Of a stretch of DNA of 64,000 nt, positions 19,495-29,182 are shown in pieces. The position numbers were made by a program, and so were the translations under genes. The first letter of the stretch is position 1, and each line of letters opens with the position of its first letter. Origin of the DNA: Deltaproteobacteria bacterium (GTDB lineage: Bacteria; Myxococcota_A; Polyangia; Fen-1088). The stretch spans positions 160,001 through 224,000 of the forward strand of contig JANRKS010000005.1 of NCBI GenBank assembly GCA_033763315.1, in the 5' to 3' direction. The notes under the pieces were generated by a model that was not told the origin of the DNA, ran no database searches, and saw only the letters and a list, made by a program, of their open reading frames with translations.

Positions 19495-20055
19495 ATGAAG
19501 AAGACAGTCATGGGCTTCGGTTTAGCAGCGATTCTTGGTTGTGCGGGCGTGGCCCGTGCCGATGGTTACGGCATGGCCGGTTGCGGTTTGGGCTCGTTGT
19601 TGTTCGGCAATGACGACTCCAAATTGATGCAGATCTTGGCCGCCACCACCAACGGCACCGTGGGCAGCCAAACCTTCGGTATCACCTCGGGCACGTTGAA
19701 CTGCACCTCGGGTGGCGTTGTGAAAGCCCAGCGTGAGCAGGCGGCGTTCGCCGAAGTTAATTTTCAAGATCTGAAGCGCAATATGGCCGCTGGCGGTGGC
19801 GAGTATTTGTCTTCGTTTGCCAGCCTTCTGGGCTGCAGCGACAGCGGCAAGCAGGCCTTTGCTCAAATGAGCCAAGATCGCTTCGAGGTGATTTTGCCCA
19901 CGAGCAAGACCGGCCCGATCGAGATGCTGAACAACGTGAAGGCTGAGATCAAGGCTTCGCCCGCGTTGTCGAGCGCTTGCAGCGATGAGCGTGCGATCGC
20001 GCGCGCCGAAGGCAAAGACTTGCCTGCCCCTACGATGACTCTTGCGAAGAAGTAG
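19495..20055 (+). CDS. DUF3015 family exported protein
   Basis: Signal peptide followed by GYGMAGCGLGS...ATTNGT.GSQTFGITSGTLNC and GGGEYL. Confidence 0.8.
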   Translation: MKKTVMGFGLAAILGCAGVARADGYGMAGCGLGSLLFGNDDSKLMQILAATTNGTVGSQTFGITSGTLNCTSGGVVKAQREQAAFAEVNFQDLKRNMAAGGGEYLSSFASLLGCSDSGKQAFAQMSQDRFEVILPTSKTGPIEMLNNVKAEIKASPALSSACSDERAIARAEGKDLPAPTMTLAKK

Positions 20056-20106
20056 TACACGATAGGATCCTAGCCATCGGGCCGGGGCCATCATCTTTTG
20101 TGTGTG

Positions 20107-20148
20107 AATCGAGCCCGCCGGAACATCGCCGACGGGCTCGATTGTTTT
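20107..20148 (+). terminator. Intrinsic terminator-like hairpin between the DUF3015 and DUF4105 genes
   Basis: AATCGAGCCCG (20107-20117) pairs with CGGGCTCGATT (20133-20143); followed by GTTTT. Confidence 0.55.
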
Positions 20149-22108
20149 GGAGCCGTACTTGAGGACTTCGATCTACACGCTGATCTTCTCGGTGTTCGTG
20201 TCAGCGACTGCCTGGCCGCAAGCCGCCGGCGCGGCCGATCTGGCGTACGTCAAGCAATTGCAAAAGACGGCGTCGTCGTTGCACCTCGAACAAAGCCGTA
20301 TGTGGCAGGTGCTGCTGCACTATCGGAAAACGTGGACCGGAGGCTGGCGCAGCGAGGCTGATGGTTTGGGCTTCTTCAACGCCGGCAAGAGCGGCCGCAC
20401 CGACCCTGCCGCCGAACTCAACGCGACTTTGTTGGCCTTTGCGCAGCCAGCGCCCCCCTCGGACGCCGGCAAGTCGTTGGAAGACGCCCAGCATCCGCAA
20501 TGCCGCTTTCCTGCGCGTTGGTCGTGGCTTAAAGAGACGCTGCAGATCGACCCCGCCCGCATGCCGGATCAACCGTGCCCCTACTTTGCCATGTGGAGGC
20601 AGGCCTTTGCGGCGCAGAAGGTGAATCTTGTGTATGCGGCCGCCTACGTCAACAGCCCCGCCTCGATGTATGGCCACACGTTCTTGCGGCTCACCCGCTC
20701 AACGGGCGAAGGCAACCCCCTGTTGGACTACATCATCAACTATGCGGCTGACGTTGATACCAAAAACGGTCTTGTATACGCATTCAAAGGTGTGCTGGGT
20801 GGTTTTAGGGGCCGCTTCTATGCAATGCCGTACTACGTGAAGATCCAGGAATACTCCAACATGGAGAGCCGGGATCTGTGGGAGTACGAGCTGTCGCTGA
20901 CGCCCGCGCAAAGCGAACGTTTGGTGCAGCACACGTGGGAGACACGCAGCACGCATTTTGATTATTACTTCTTCACTGAGAACTGCTCTTATTTCCTGCT
21001 GGGGCTCTTGGAGGCCGCTGATCCACGTCTGCATTTGGTGGATGAATTTTGGGGCACAACCATTCCTGCGAACACGGTGCGTGCGGTCCTCAACGTGCCG
21101 GGGCTTGTGCGGTCGAATGCGCCGCGGCCGTCGCTCCGCGCGACAATGTTCGCGCAAAAACGCGCCTTAAACGCGCGGCAAATGGATGCCGCTAACGCTT
21201 TGGCAAACACGGGAAAGGCAGCCGCCACGGCTCTTGCGGCGTTGCCCAAGGTTGAACAAGCACGCATCATCGATGCGGGGTACGCGCGCCTTCGTTATAA
21301 AGAGGGCTTCACGTGGCCACCCACGCCGTCCTTTGAGAAGAAGGAACGAGAGCTGTTGGTGTTGCGCGGGCGCACGGGTGTGCCGCCACAAACGGTGGCG
21401 GGCATCGATTTTGTGGATGCGCCTGAACGGGGCCATCGCACGTTGCGGCTGGCCGCGGGCGGAGGAAGCACCTTCGACGCGAAAGAACGTACTGCAGGCG
21501 TTGCGTTCGCGGATGTGTCTATGCGGTTTGCCATCCACGATTACCTTGATGACCCTCAAGGATACCCCGAAGACGCCTCGCTTGAGATGGTGAGCTTGCG
21601 TCTGCGGCTGCTGGTCGATAGCCAACGTTTTTTCATCGAACGCCTCACGCTGCTTAACATCGTCTCTGCTGCGCCTGTGGATCGTTGGCTCATTTCGCCT
21701 TCGTGGAAAGTGTGGGCCGGTGGCGGGCAAGCGCACGAGTTGGGCTGCGCGGGCTGGGATTGTTCGTTCGGCGGCGTGACCAGTGGTGGTGGGTTTGCGT
21801 GGCGCCCATGGCGGCCTTGGTTGCTGTTCGCGATGGGCGATCTGCAGGTGCAAGGTGGCAGCATTTTCGCACACAACTTCCGTGCGGGGCTGGGCGGTTC
21901 ATTGGGCTCAACCATCCGATGGGGGCGCGTGGCGCAAACCGAATTGGGCGCGCAATACATTCAGCACCTGGTGGGGGACACGCGCAACCGGCCCTTGTTT
22001 TCGTTTGGCCACGCCTTCAACCTGGGCTCACGCATGCAAGCGCGGATTGTGGCCGAATCATTTGGCCGTGTGGTGTTCTCCCGCGCCGAACTCGTCGCGT
22101 ATTTTTAG
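20147..22108 (+). CDS. DUF4105 (Lnb N-terminal-like) protein with probable C-terminal beta-barrel
   Basis: QCRFPAR, NSPASMYGHTFLR, ESRDLWEYEL and YYFFTENCSY motifs; C-terminal beta-strands ending in YF; start uncertain. Confidence 0.8.
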   Translation: MEPYLRTSIYTLIFSVFVSATAWPQAAGAADLAYVKQLQKTASSLHLEQSRMWQVLLHYRKTWTGGWRSEADGLGFFNAGKSGRTDPAAELNATLLAFAQPAPPSDAGKSLEDAQHPQCRFPARWSWLKETLQIDPARMPDQPCPYFAMWRQAFAAQKVNLVYAAAYVNSPASMYGHTFLRLTRSTGEGNPLLDYIINYAADVDTKNGLVYAFKGVLGGFRGRFYAMPYYVKIQEYSNMESRDLWEYELSLTPAQSERLVQHTWETRSTHFDYYFFTENCSYFLLGLLEAADPRLHLVDEFWGTTIPANTVRAVLNVPGLVRSNAPRPSLRATMFAQKRALNARQMDAANALANTGKAAATALAALPKVEQARIIDAGYARLRYKEGFTWPPTPSFEKKERELLVLRGRTGVPPQTVAGIDFVDAPERGHRTLRLAAGGGSTFDAKERTAGVAFADVSMRFAIHDYLDDPQGYPEDASLEMVSLRLRLLVDSQRFFIERLTLLNIVSAAPVDRWLISPSWKVWAGGGQAHELGCAGWDCSFGGVTSGGGFAWRPWRPWLLFAMGDLQVQGGSIFAHNFRAGLGGSLGSTIRWGRVAQTELGAQYIQHLVGDTRNRPLFSFGHAFNLGSRMQARIVAESFGRVVFSRAELVAYF

Positions 22109-23142
22109 CGGGCTTCGCCGAACGTTAGCGGCAGCGATAGCGCCGCGGGCAAAGGCGGCGTGGCTGGCACAGACGCCTTGCCGATCGAAGCCACCGCGCA
22201 CGCCACCAAGGCTTCGTCCGTGATTGTGCTCATCTCCATGCGCGGCTGCTGAGCGCGGCCGTCTTTGCTCAACGTGAGTCCCACGATCAAGGTCCCCTGC
22301 GTGGTGGCCTTTCGTGTGAGGGCTTCGCGGTAGCACGCGACAAGGCTGGGCTCTAATTTGGTGAACGCCTCCTGCAGTGACGGCGAAACAGGCGTAGCAT
22401 CGGCGGACACGGGCTTGCCAAAATACACGGCAGCTGAGTGCACTGGCGTGACCGCCGCCATTTCTTGCGCAAACGCTTCGGTTTCGAAGCGGGCCAGCGG
22501 CGCCCCGAGCGGGCCAACCACGTAGGCCGCCAATACCTGCGCGCCAAACTTCACCATCCGCCCGCCGCTTTGGCGAAGGCAGACATCGGGCCGCATTTGA
22601 GACGGCTGCGGCGAGAACACCAAGCGCAGCTTCAGTTTGCCTTCAGCGTGCATCTGCAACAGCCGTTCGGCCGCGGCATCCGAAAGCTCGAACGCGATCG
22701 GTTCGTCCGCGGCGCGATCAAGTTCGATGCCGTCTTCCACAGAAAACCGCGTATCGACAAGTTTGAGTTTGCCGTCGTCGTAGCCATCGAAGCGAAACCC
22801 GGCGGCCGGCAGCGTTAACTCATAACGTGAGTCAAGCGATGAGGCCCGTCGTTCGTCGTGGGCTTGCCTCTGGTGGGCCTGCTCAACCGCATTGCCCTTG
22901 AACGTCATGCCGTCGCTGGCCTGCAGGGCATCACACAGACGCAGAACACCGGGTGCGCCTTCGACGTGCGTGGCCGGCAGCACGAAGTTGGCTGCCGCTG
23001 GGGCCGCCATCGCGGGGGTGGCATTGTTCGTGGCCACGGCCGCGGCCGGAGGCGTTGCCGGCTGTGTGCTGGCGCAGCCGCCCAGCGTCCCAACCCAAAA
23101 CGCCGTTGCTGCGGCGGCCCGAAAACATCCGTCCAAAGACAT
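22105..23142 (-). CDS. Lipoprotein with C-terminal TonB_C/AgmX-like domain
   Basis: Lipobox TLGGC; C-terminus LVACYREAL...QGTLIVGLTLSKDG...LVACA. Confidence 0.55.
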   Translation of the reverse strand: MSLDGCFRAAAATAFWVGTLGGCASTQPATPPAAAVATNNATPAMAAPAAANFVLPATHVEGAPGVLRLCDALQASDGMTFKGNAVEQAHQRQAHDERRASSLDSRYELTLPAAGFRFDGYDDGKLKLVDTRFSVEDGIELDRAADEPIAFELSDAAAERLLQMHAEGKLKLRLVFSPQPSQMRPDVCLRQSGGRMVKFGAQVLAAYVVGPLGAPLARFETEAFAQEMAAVTPVHSAAVYFGKPVSADATPVSPSLQEAFTKLEPSLVACYREALTRKATTQGTLIVGLTLSKDGRAQQPRMEMSTITDEALVACAVASIGKASVPATPPLPAALSLPLTFGEAR

Positions 23143-23189
23143 GCAAGTGAGATTACTAGAGCATCCGCGTCACGGAACAAACAAAACAG

Positions 23190-23435
23190 CTATGGGGCCC
23201 GTTGCAGCACCAGAGTCACTTCGTCCTCCGCCGACCGGCCCCGGTTTCGGGGCCGCACCGACCAACCTGGGAACTGGCTGGCTGCCTTCATCGCGGCCGC
23301 CACCACCGCTGCCGTCAGAGGTGCGGCGTCCTTGGCCCATTCATACCCATCGTTTTCGCCCGTGTAATCGTCGGGAAAGCTGCATTGCAGCTCCAGCCGC
23401 AAAGTAAACTCACGTTGTTCTACATAGTTGGCCAT
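23190..23435 (-). CDS. Small hypothetical protein
   Basis: Compact ORF MANYVEQREFTLRLEL... filling the intergenic gap, with protein-like composition. Confidence 0.55.
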   Translation of the reverse strand: MANYVEQREFTLRLELQCSFPDDYTGENDGYEWAKDAAPLTAAVVAAAMKAASQFPGWSVRPRNRGRSAEDEVTLVLQRAP

Positions 23436-23539
23436 AAACCTAGATAGCACTGGTACCAGAGCAAAAACGCTGAACGTTTCGTTCAAATCCGCAAAACCTT
23501 CGGTTGACGTCCTTAGGTTCGACGCGGCATGGTTACGGG

Positions 23540-24085
23540 ATGTTGTACGACGCTCCGGCGAACACCGATCAGCGCCGTGGATTTCTTCGCTCTGTAACCA
23601 CTTGGTTGGGCGGCTTGTTGGGTGCGGTCGTGACGTTACCTGGGTTGGCGTTTTTGGCCCACCCCTTGCGGAAAGACACGGTCGACGCAGGCAAAGATCC
23701 TTTGGATGTGGGCGCCACGGCCACGCAGGTCAAACCTGGCCAACCCGTGATGGTGGATGTGAGAGGCGAGCTCAAAGACGCCTGGATGCGCACCCCTGAC
23801 GTCAAGCTCGGCGCATGCTGGTTGGTGCGCGAGAAGGAACAAGATCCCGTCAAAGCGTTCTCCACGGTGTGCCCGCATTTAGGCTGCGGTGTGGATTGGG
23901 CGCCCGAGAAGAAGCAGTTTGTGTGTCCGTGCCACGACAGTTACTTCGATCTGCAGGGCAAGGTGCTTACGGGGCCTTCTCCACGTGGGCTCGATGAATT
24001 GGATGTGAAGGTGAACGAAGGGGGCCGCCTGAAAGTGGCGTATCGCCGTTTCCGCTTGGGTACAGCGAAAAAGGAAGAAGTGTGA
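23540..24085 (+). CDS. Rieske 2Fe-2S subunit of a bc-type complex
   Basis: Tat signal RRGFL; CPHLGC and CPCHDS boxes; GPSPRGL. Confidence 0.92.
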   Translation: MLYDAPANTDQRRGFLRSVTTWLGGLLGAVVTLPGLAFLAHPLRKDTVDAGKDPLDVGATATQVKPGQPVMVDVRGELKDAWMRTPDVKLGACWLVREKEQDPVKAFSTVCPHLGCGVDWAPEKKQFVCPCHDSYFDLQGKVLTGPSPRGLDELDVKVNEGGRLKVAYRRFRLGTAKKEEV

Positions 24086-25839
24086 TCTTTCCTCCTCGTC
24101 CCTCGAAAATTGATCAATTCAAAGCGTGGTTGGAGGACCGCACCGGTTTGGGTGGCGCTCTGGCCAGCCTGATGAACCAACCGGTACCCGGCGGTGCCAG
24201 CTTGTGGCGGGCGCTGGGCATGGTGGCCGCGTTGTTGGTGGGCCTTGAGTTCGTGACCGGCGTGTTGTTGGCGTTTTATTACGCCCCGTCGGCAGCCACC
24301 GCGTGGGCCTCCACCGCGTTCATCGAAGATCAACTGTGGTTTGGTTCGCTCATTCGCGGTGTGCACAGCTTTGGTTCCATCGCGTTGATTGTTGTGTCGG
24401 GCTTGCACTTGGTGCAGGTGGTGTTGTTTGGCGCTTATAAGCGGCCGCGTGAAGCCAATTGGATCGCGGGCTTGTTGTTGTTGCTTGTGCTGTTGGGCTT
24501 CGCACTTTCTGGCTATGGCCTGCCGTGGGATCAAGCCGGCTATTGGGCGAAGTTTGTTGAAACCAGCATCTTGAGCACCACGCCCGTGGTGGGGCCGATG
24601 CTTGAGGCCATCGTGCAAGGTGGCTCGCGCTATGGGCACTACACGGTGATTCACTTTTACGCCGTACACGTGTTCATTTTGCCCGCGGCTTTGGCCCTGC
24701 TTTTGACCCTGCACATCTATTGGGCCCGCCGCCACAAGTTGACGCCGCCGTGGTGGATGGATCCCGCCACGGTGTCACGTCGCACGGAGCCTTACTTTCC
24801 GGGCCAAGCGCTGCGCGATCTGTCGTTGTTCGCGTTCGCCTTGGCCGTGGTTGTGGTGTTCGTGGTCGTGAAAAAAGGTGCGGGCCTTGAACCGCCCGCG
24901 GATCCCGCCAGCAATTACATGGCGCGCCCTGAATGGTATGCGATTCCGCTTTACCAACTGCGCATGTATTTCGAGGGGCCGCTTGAGATCGTGGCCACCA
25001 TGATCATTCCCGGCATCGTGGGCGCCCTTGTGTTTGCGCTGCCGTTTTTGGATCGTTCGCATTCACTGTCGCCGTGGAAGAGGCCGCTGGCCACCGGTGG
25101 GCTTGTGGCTGCTCTCGTGATCACCGCTGTTCTCACCACGCTCTCGGTCCGCAAAGACCGTGCTGATGTTGCGTTTCAAAAGCACCGCGCCGAAGTGGCG
25201 CTGGAAGGCCTGCGCGCGCGTGACTTGGCCAAGCGAGGCGTGTTGCCCACGGGCGGCATTGATGTTTTCAAGAACGATCCGCAGTTTGAGGTGTTGTCGC
25301 TCTACAAGGAAAAATGTGGCAACTGCCACGGTCTCACAGGTCAAGGTGGCGATGAGGGGCCAGACTTTGCTGACTACAACTCTCGCTCGTGGATTGTGTC
25401 CTTCTTAAAAGATCCGCAAGGCCCTCTGTTTATGGGACCCGCGAAGAAGAAGAAGGGCATGAAGCCTGTCGAAGGCACCGACGAAGAGTTGGCGGCCTTG
25501 GCCGAGGTGGTCTACGCGCAAACCGGTGCCAAAGACGTCAAACCTGAGTTGTTGAAGAAAGCCAAAGACAGCGACCTTTTCTCAGAGAAGGACTGCGATT
25601 CTTGCCACTACATCGACGAAGGCGACAAAGATCTGGGCAACGCGGGCCCCAGCTTGTTTCAGCGCGGCACGATCGATTACGTGGTGCGCGTGATTGAGGC
25701 ACCCGATCACGAAACGCTCTATGGCGAAAAAGCGAAGATGCCAGGCTTCAAAGGCAAGCTAACGCCCGAGCAAATTCGCCTGTTGGCGGAATTCATCGTG
25801 GGTATGAAGAAGCCTTCCGCCACAGCGGCGGCAAATTAA
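24082..25839 (+). CDS. Cytochrome b (N- and C-terminal domains) fused to a diheme cytochrome c
   Basis: Heme-b His pairs (GVHSFG...GLHLV; AVHVF...TLHIY), GYGLPWDQ, PEWY; C-terminal CGNCH and CDSCH. Confidence 0.9.
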   Translation: MIFPPRPSKIDQFKAWLEDRTGLGGALASLMNQPVPGGASLWRALGMVAALLVGLEFVTGVLLAFYYAPSAATAWASTAFIEDQLWFGSLIRGVHSFGSIALIVVSGLHLVQVVLFGAYKRPREANWIAGLLLLLVLLGFALSGYGLPWDQAGYWAKFVETSILSTTPVVGPMLEAIVQGGSRYGHYTVIHFYAVHVFILPAALALLLTLHIYWARRHKLTPPWWMDPATVSRRTEPYFPGQALRDLSLFAFALAVVVVFVVVKKGAGLEPPADPASNYMARPEWYAIPLYQLRMYFEGPLEIVATMIIPGIVGALVFALPFLDRSHSLSPWKRPLATGGLVAALVITAVLTTLSVRKDRADVAFQKHRAEVALEGLRARDLAKRGVLPTGGIDVFKNDPQFEVLSLYKEKCGNCHGLTGQGGDEGPDFADYNSRSWIVSFLKDPQGPLFMGPAKKKKGMKPVEGTDEELAALAEVVYAQTGAKDVKPELLKKAKDSDLFSEKDCDSCHYIDEGDKDLGNAGPSLFQRGTIDYVVRVIEAPDHETLYGEKAKMPGFKGKLTPEQIRLLAEFIVGMKKPSATAAAN

Positions 25840-26639
25840 AACGGCGCCGCCGCGCGCGTGGATGGCTGCGGCTCGAACAACGGCAGTTGCGTGGGACGAC
25901 GGCTGCGCTGTTTTGGCGCTCCCAATCGCACGTTGAACTTGGTGGCGTCGGGGCGGCTGACCGTGCGCAGATCTGACCAACCCAGATGCGCGGCCATCGC
26001 GTTTTGCACAAGCTTGCGAGGCGCGTGTACAGCGGCGTCTTGCCAGGCGGCCACAAGGGCTTGCAACAACAGTCCGGCCAGCTGCAAGCCGGGGGTGTCG
26101 CCGGTGCGGTGGGCGATCGCCTTGTCCTCGGGGCGCAGACGGCCAAACACCGGACGCAACACCTGATCCTCAAGCGCGATTACGCCCGCCTTGCGCGAGC
26201 CATAACCTAAAGCGGGCCCGTCAAGCCACACACGCAGGGGCTGCGGTTCGTCTGGTTCCGCGCGCAGGCGCTCCGTGATCTGCGCGTGCAGGAAATCTTC
26301 GAGCGCCCGGCGCTGTGTTTCCGAGAAGGCCTCCGCCGACGTCTGGCCGGGGGTGGGCTCCACGACGAAGGCGTCGAAGCTCAGCCAGGGTGTGGCGAAA
26401 AACATGTTCACAAAAGCGGCGTGCGTTTGCGCGGTTTCAGCGTTGATGTGAGCCCACCCCAGCCGCGGCACTTCGGGCAGGCCCGCCAGTGTTTGGCGCA
26501 GCAGATCTTGGAAGTCACCACGGCGTTGCCAGTTCAACCACAGGATACCGCCGCCCCACGCGCGTTCGGAGGCCTCTCCCTGCAAGGTGGTGCACAGCAG
26601 CCAGCGCCGCAAACCTCGTTTGTGTTCGTCAACACCCAC
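25836..26639 (-). CDS. DUF3800-like protein with degenerate acidic motifs
   Basis: LWLNWQRRGDF, FFATPWLSF, GLQLAGLLL, HLGWSDLR and KFNV resemble DUF3800 blocks as I recall them. Confidence 0.55.
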   Translation of the reverse strand: MGVDEHKRGLRRWLLCTTLQGEASERAWGGGILWLNWQRRGDFQDLLRQTLAGLPEVPRLGWAHINAETAQTHAAFVNMFFATPWLSFDAFVVEPTPGQTSAEAFSETQRRALEDFLHAQITERLRAEPDEPQPLRVWLDGPALGYGSRKAGVIALEDQVLRPVFGRLRPEDKAIAHRTGDTPGLQLAGLLLQALVAAWQDAAVHAPRKLVQNAMAAHLGWSDLRTVSRPDATKFNVRLGAPKQRSRRPTQLPLFEPQPSTRAAAPF

Positions 26640-26709
26640 GATCGCCAGAGTAGCTCAAAAAGCGGTAGATTTTGCCAGATCTTATGCGTGGCCTGGGGAT
26701 AGCTTGCGG

Positions 26710-27900
26710 CTATTCATCCTGATCGGGCTGCCAGCTCATTTGGATCTCTGGCCCCAGCTGCTCTACCAATGCGTCGCGGAAGCGCTTTTTCAGCTTATCG
26801 GCGATCTGCCCAATGCGCTGTTTTGAAACGCCGTAGCGTTCGCCCAGTTCTGAAAGCGCTACGGGGTCATCGGGCGCAGCCAGGTGCTCCGCCCAAACCG
26901 CGCGCTCCCGTTCGTCGGTCAGTGAAAGCGCGAACGCGTCCATACTGTGCCGCACCTGATCAGCCAGCATGTTGCGGCCGGCTTGTTGTTCGGGCGAAGC
27001 CTGATCGGGCGAGGCGATACGCTCCGAAAGGGAAACACCGTCGTCTTCATCGGGGCGTGGTTCAAACGACACCTCCCGCGAGGCCAGGTGTTGCGACACC
27101 TCCAACACGTCTTTTTCGTCAACGTTCAGATTGGCGGCCAGCAACTTGGGCGTGGGATCAAAACCCGCGGCCCGCAGCTTGGCGCGTTCCTTCTCAAGGC
27201 GGAAAAACAGTTTGCGACCAGCGCGTGTGTTGCCCACGTGGATGAGGCGCGCGTTGGTCATCAAGAACTTAAGAATATAGGCGCGAATCCAATAGGCCGC
27301 GTAGGTGCCGAACCGCGTGCCGAGCTGAGGATCCCAGCGGCGCACGGCTTCCATCAGGCCAACGCTGCCTTCTTGAAACAGGTCTAGAATGTTGGTCCAC
27401 GCGCGACGATACTGATAGGCGATCGTCACAACCAACCGCAGGTTGTGCACCACCAAGCGGCGCGCGGCACCAATGTCGCCTTGGCCACGGGCGGCCGCCA
27501 CGAGTTCTTTTTCTTCAGACTCGGTTAAGCGCCGGAAGCTGCGTGCCTCTGACAGGAACCGTTGCAACGGATCGCGGATCGGCGCCAGGGGGCTGGGCCG
27601 TTCGCGCGGCGTCACCTGCAGATCGTGCAACGGGTCGTCGAACAGCGGCGTCGTTTCGTCGTGCTCGTCAGGACCCAACAGCAAATCATCGTCCGCGTGG
27701 CCCGCCTCGGATACAACTTCGCCCACCAACACTTCGGGCTCGTCGCTGGTTTCCTCGGACGCAGACGCCAATACCAAGGCGGTCTCGGGCGAGCTGCTGG
27801 CCTTCGGCTTGGACGGTTTTGCGGCGGCACGCTTGGGCGCGGCTTTGCTGTGCGAGGAGGTTGTTTTACCGCGGCCGGCGGTTGTCCCTTTGGAGGCCAT
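26710..27900 (-). CDS. RpoH/sigma-32-family sigma factor with long low-complexity N-terminus
   Basis: LVVHNLRLVV, DLFQEGSVGLM, FGTYAAYWIRAYI, RpoH-box-like RKLFFRL and YGVSKQRIGQI; ATG at 27900. Confidence 0.88.
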   Translation of the reverse strand: MASKGTTAGRGKTTSSHSKAAPKRAAAKPSKPKASSSPETALVLASASEETSDEPEVLVGEVVSEAGHADDDLLLGPDEHDETTPLFDDPLHDLQVTPRERPSPLAPIRDPLQRFLSEARSFRRLTESEEKELVAAARGQGDIGAARRLVVHNLRLVVTIAYQYRRAWTNILDLFQEGSVGLMEAVRRWDPQLGTRFGTYAAYWIRAYILKFLMTNARLIHVGNTRAGRKLFFRLEKERAKLRAAGFDPTPKLLAANLNVDEKDVLEVSQHLASREVSFEPRPDEDDGVSLSERIASPDQASPEQQAGRNMLADQVRHSMDAFALSLTDERERAVWAEHLAAPDDPVALSELGERYGVSKQRIGQIADKLKKRFRDALVEQLGPEIQMSWQPDQDE

Positions 27901-28019
27901 CGTGGATGTGATTGTGTCTGTATACAACGTTTGTGCCCTCCGCTTTAGGTCCGGTGCGCCAACCGAAGTCGCGCGCTTGGGCCCACTGCTAAGATGCCGC
28001 TGTTTCAGCAAAGATACGC

Positions 28020-29174
28020 ATGCCGCTTCCCAGGTTGATTTGCCTCCTAAAACGCAGCCTTTGCGGCGTGGGCGCCGTTGTGCTGGCGCTGCTGGCCGGG
28101 CCGGGGGCGGCCGTCGGTCATATGCGCACCAGCACTTTTTCGCACCTGTCGCTGGGTGGATCCGCGCCAACCTGGGACATCAAAGTGTCCGTGGTGGACC
28201 TGTTGGCTCCGCTCGGCTTGGACGAGGGCCTGGCACCGGCGCAGGCGCTGGCGGCCGTGCGCGGGCGCCTTGAAATGGTGCAGGGCTACCTGGGCCCACG
28301 CCTCCGCTTGTTCACAGGTGAGAAGCCCTGCGCGCAGCGGGCCGATGGCGTCACCATCGATCAAGGTTCCGAGCCGCCTATGGTGAAGATGCGTTTCGTT
28401 TACAGCTGCCCGGCCGGCAACGGCAGCTACCGCGCCCGCTACGACTTGTTCTTCGACCTCGATGGCCTGCACTCTGGGTTTGTTAACGTCTCGTTGGCAG
28501 GCACACCCGCCGTTTCGGATGTTTTCCGCAGTGGCAACCGAGAACTGATGGTGGTGCTGGAGGCGTCGCGCTGGGAACCGTTGCGGCGGTTTTGGTTGCT
28601 GGGGGTTGAGCACATCTTCACGGGCTATGACCACTTGGCGTTTCTGGCAGGTCTTTTGCTGTTGGCCACCGTGAGTACGCGTGCTGCAGGCGATCGACTG
28701 TTGCAAACGGCCTCGCCGCGGGCCGCGCTTTGGGGCACAGCGAAGATCGTCACGGCGTTCACGGCTTCGCATTCTCTTACGCTGATGGCCGCCGCCTTGC
28801 GGCCCGAACTTGTGCCCACACGTTTTGTCGAACCACTCATCGCTCTGTCTGTGGCGGCGGTGGGCGTGGAAAACCTGCTGCCCCGCATGCCGCAGCGTCG
28901 TTGGCTGCTGGCCTTCGCTTTCGGCCTGATTCACGGCTTTGGCTTTGCGTCCGTGCTCTCGGAGATCGGTTTGCCCGCGCAAGGCCTGGTGGCCGCTCTG
29001 CTTTCATTCAACGTGGGCGTCGAGTGCGGCCAACTGTGCGTGGTGCTTGTGGCGCTGCCGCTGCTGCTAATGATTGCGCGGCGTTGGCCTCGCGTTTACC
29101 ACCGCGTGCTTCTGATCGGTGGTTCAAGCGCCCTGGTGGTTGCAGGCGTTGTTTGGTTCGTGCAACGCGTGTAA
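28020..29174 (+). CDS. HupE/UreJ family membrane protein with N-terminal periplasmic domain
   Basis: GVEHIFTGYDHLAFL, TAFTASHSLTL, FGLIHGFGFA and FNVGVECGQ motifs; start uncertain. Confidence 0.85.
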   Translation: MPLPRLICLLKRSLCGVGAVVLALLAGPGAAVGHMRTSTFSHLSLGGSAPTWDIKVSVVDLLAPLGLDEGLAPAQALAAVRGRLEMVQGYLGPRLRLFTGEKPCAQRADGVTIDQGSEPPMVKMRFVYSCPAGNGSYRARYDLFFDLDGLHSGFVNVSLAGTPAVSDVFRSGNRELMVVLEASRWEPLRRFWLLGVEHIFTGYDHLAFLAGLLLLATVSTRAAGDRLLQTASPRAALWGTAKIVTAFTASHSLTLMAAALRPELVPTRFVEPLIALSVAAVGVENLLPRMPQRRWLLAFAFGLIHGFGFASVLSEIGLPAQGLVAALLSFNVGVECGQLCVVLVALPLLLMIARRWPRVYHRVLLIGGSSALVVAGVVWFVQRV

Positions 29175-29182
29175 TCGCGTCG

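Noticed and set aside
18332-19498. 388-aa plus-strand ORF (and similar long shadow ORFs such as 28047-28982, 57240-58553, 62459-63271)
   Set aside because: Antisense or alternate-frame shadows of well-supported genes in high-GC DNA, with no recognisable motifs.
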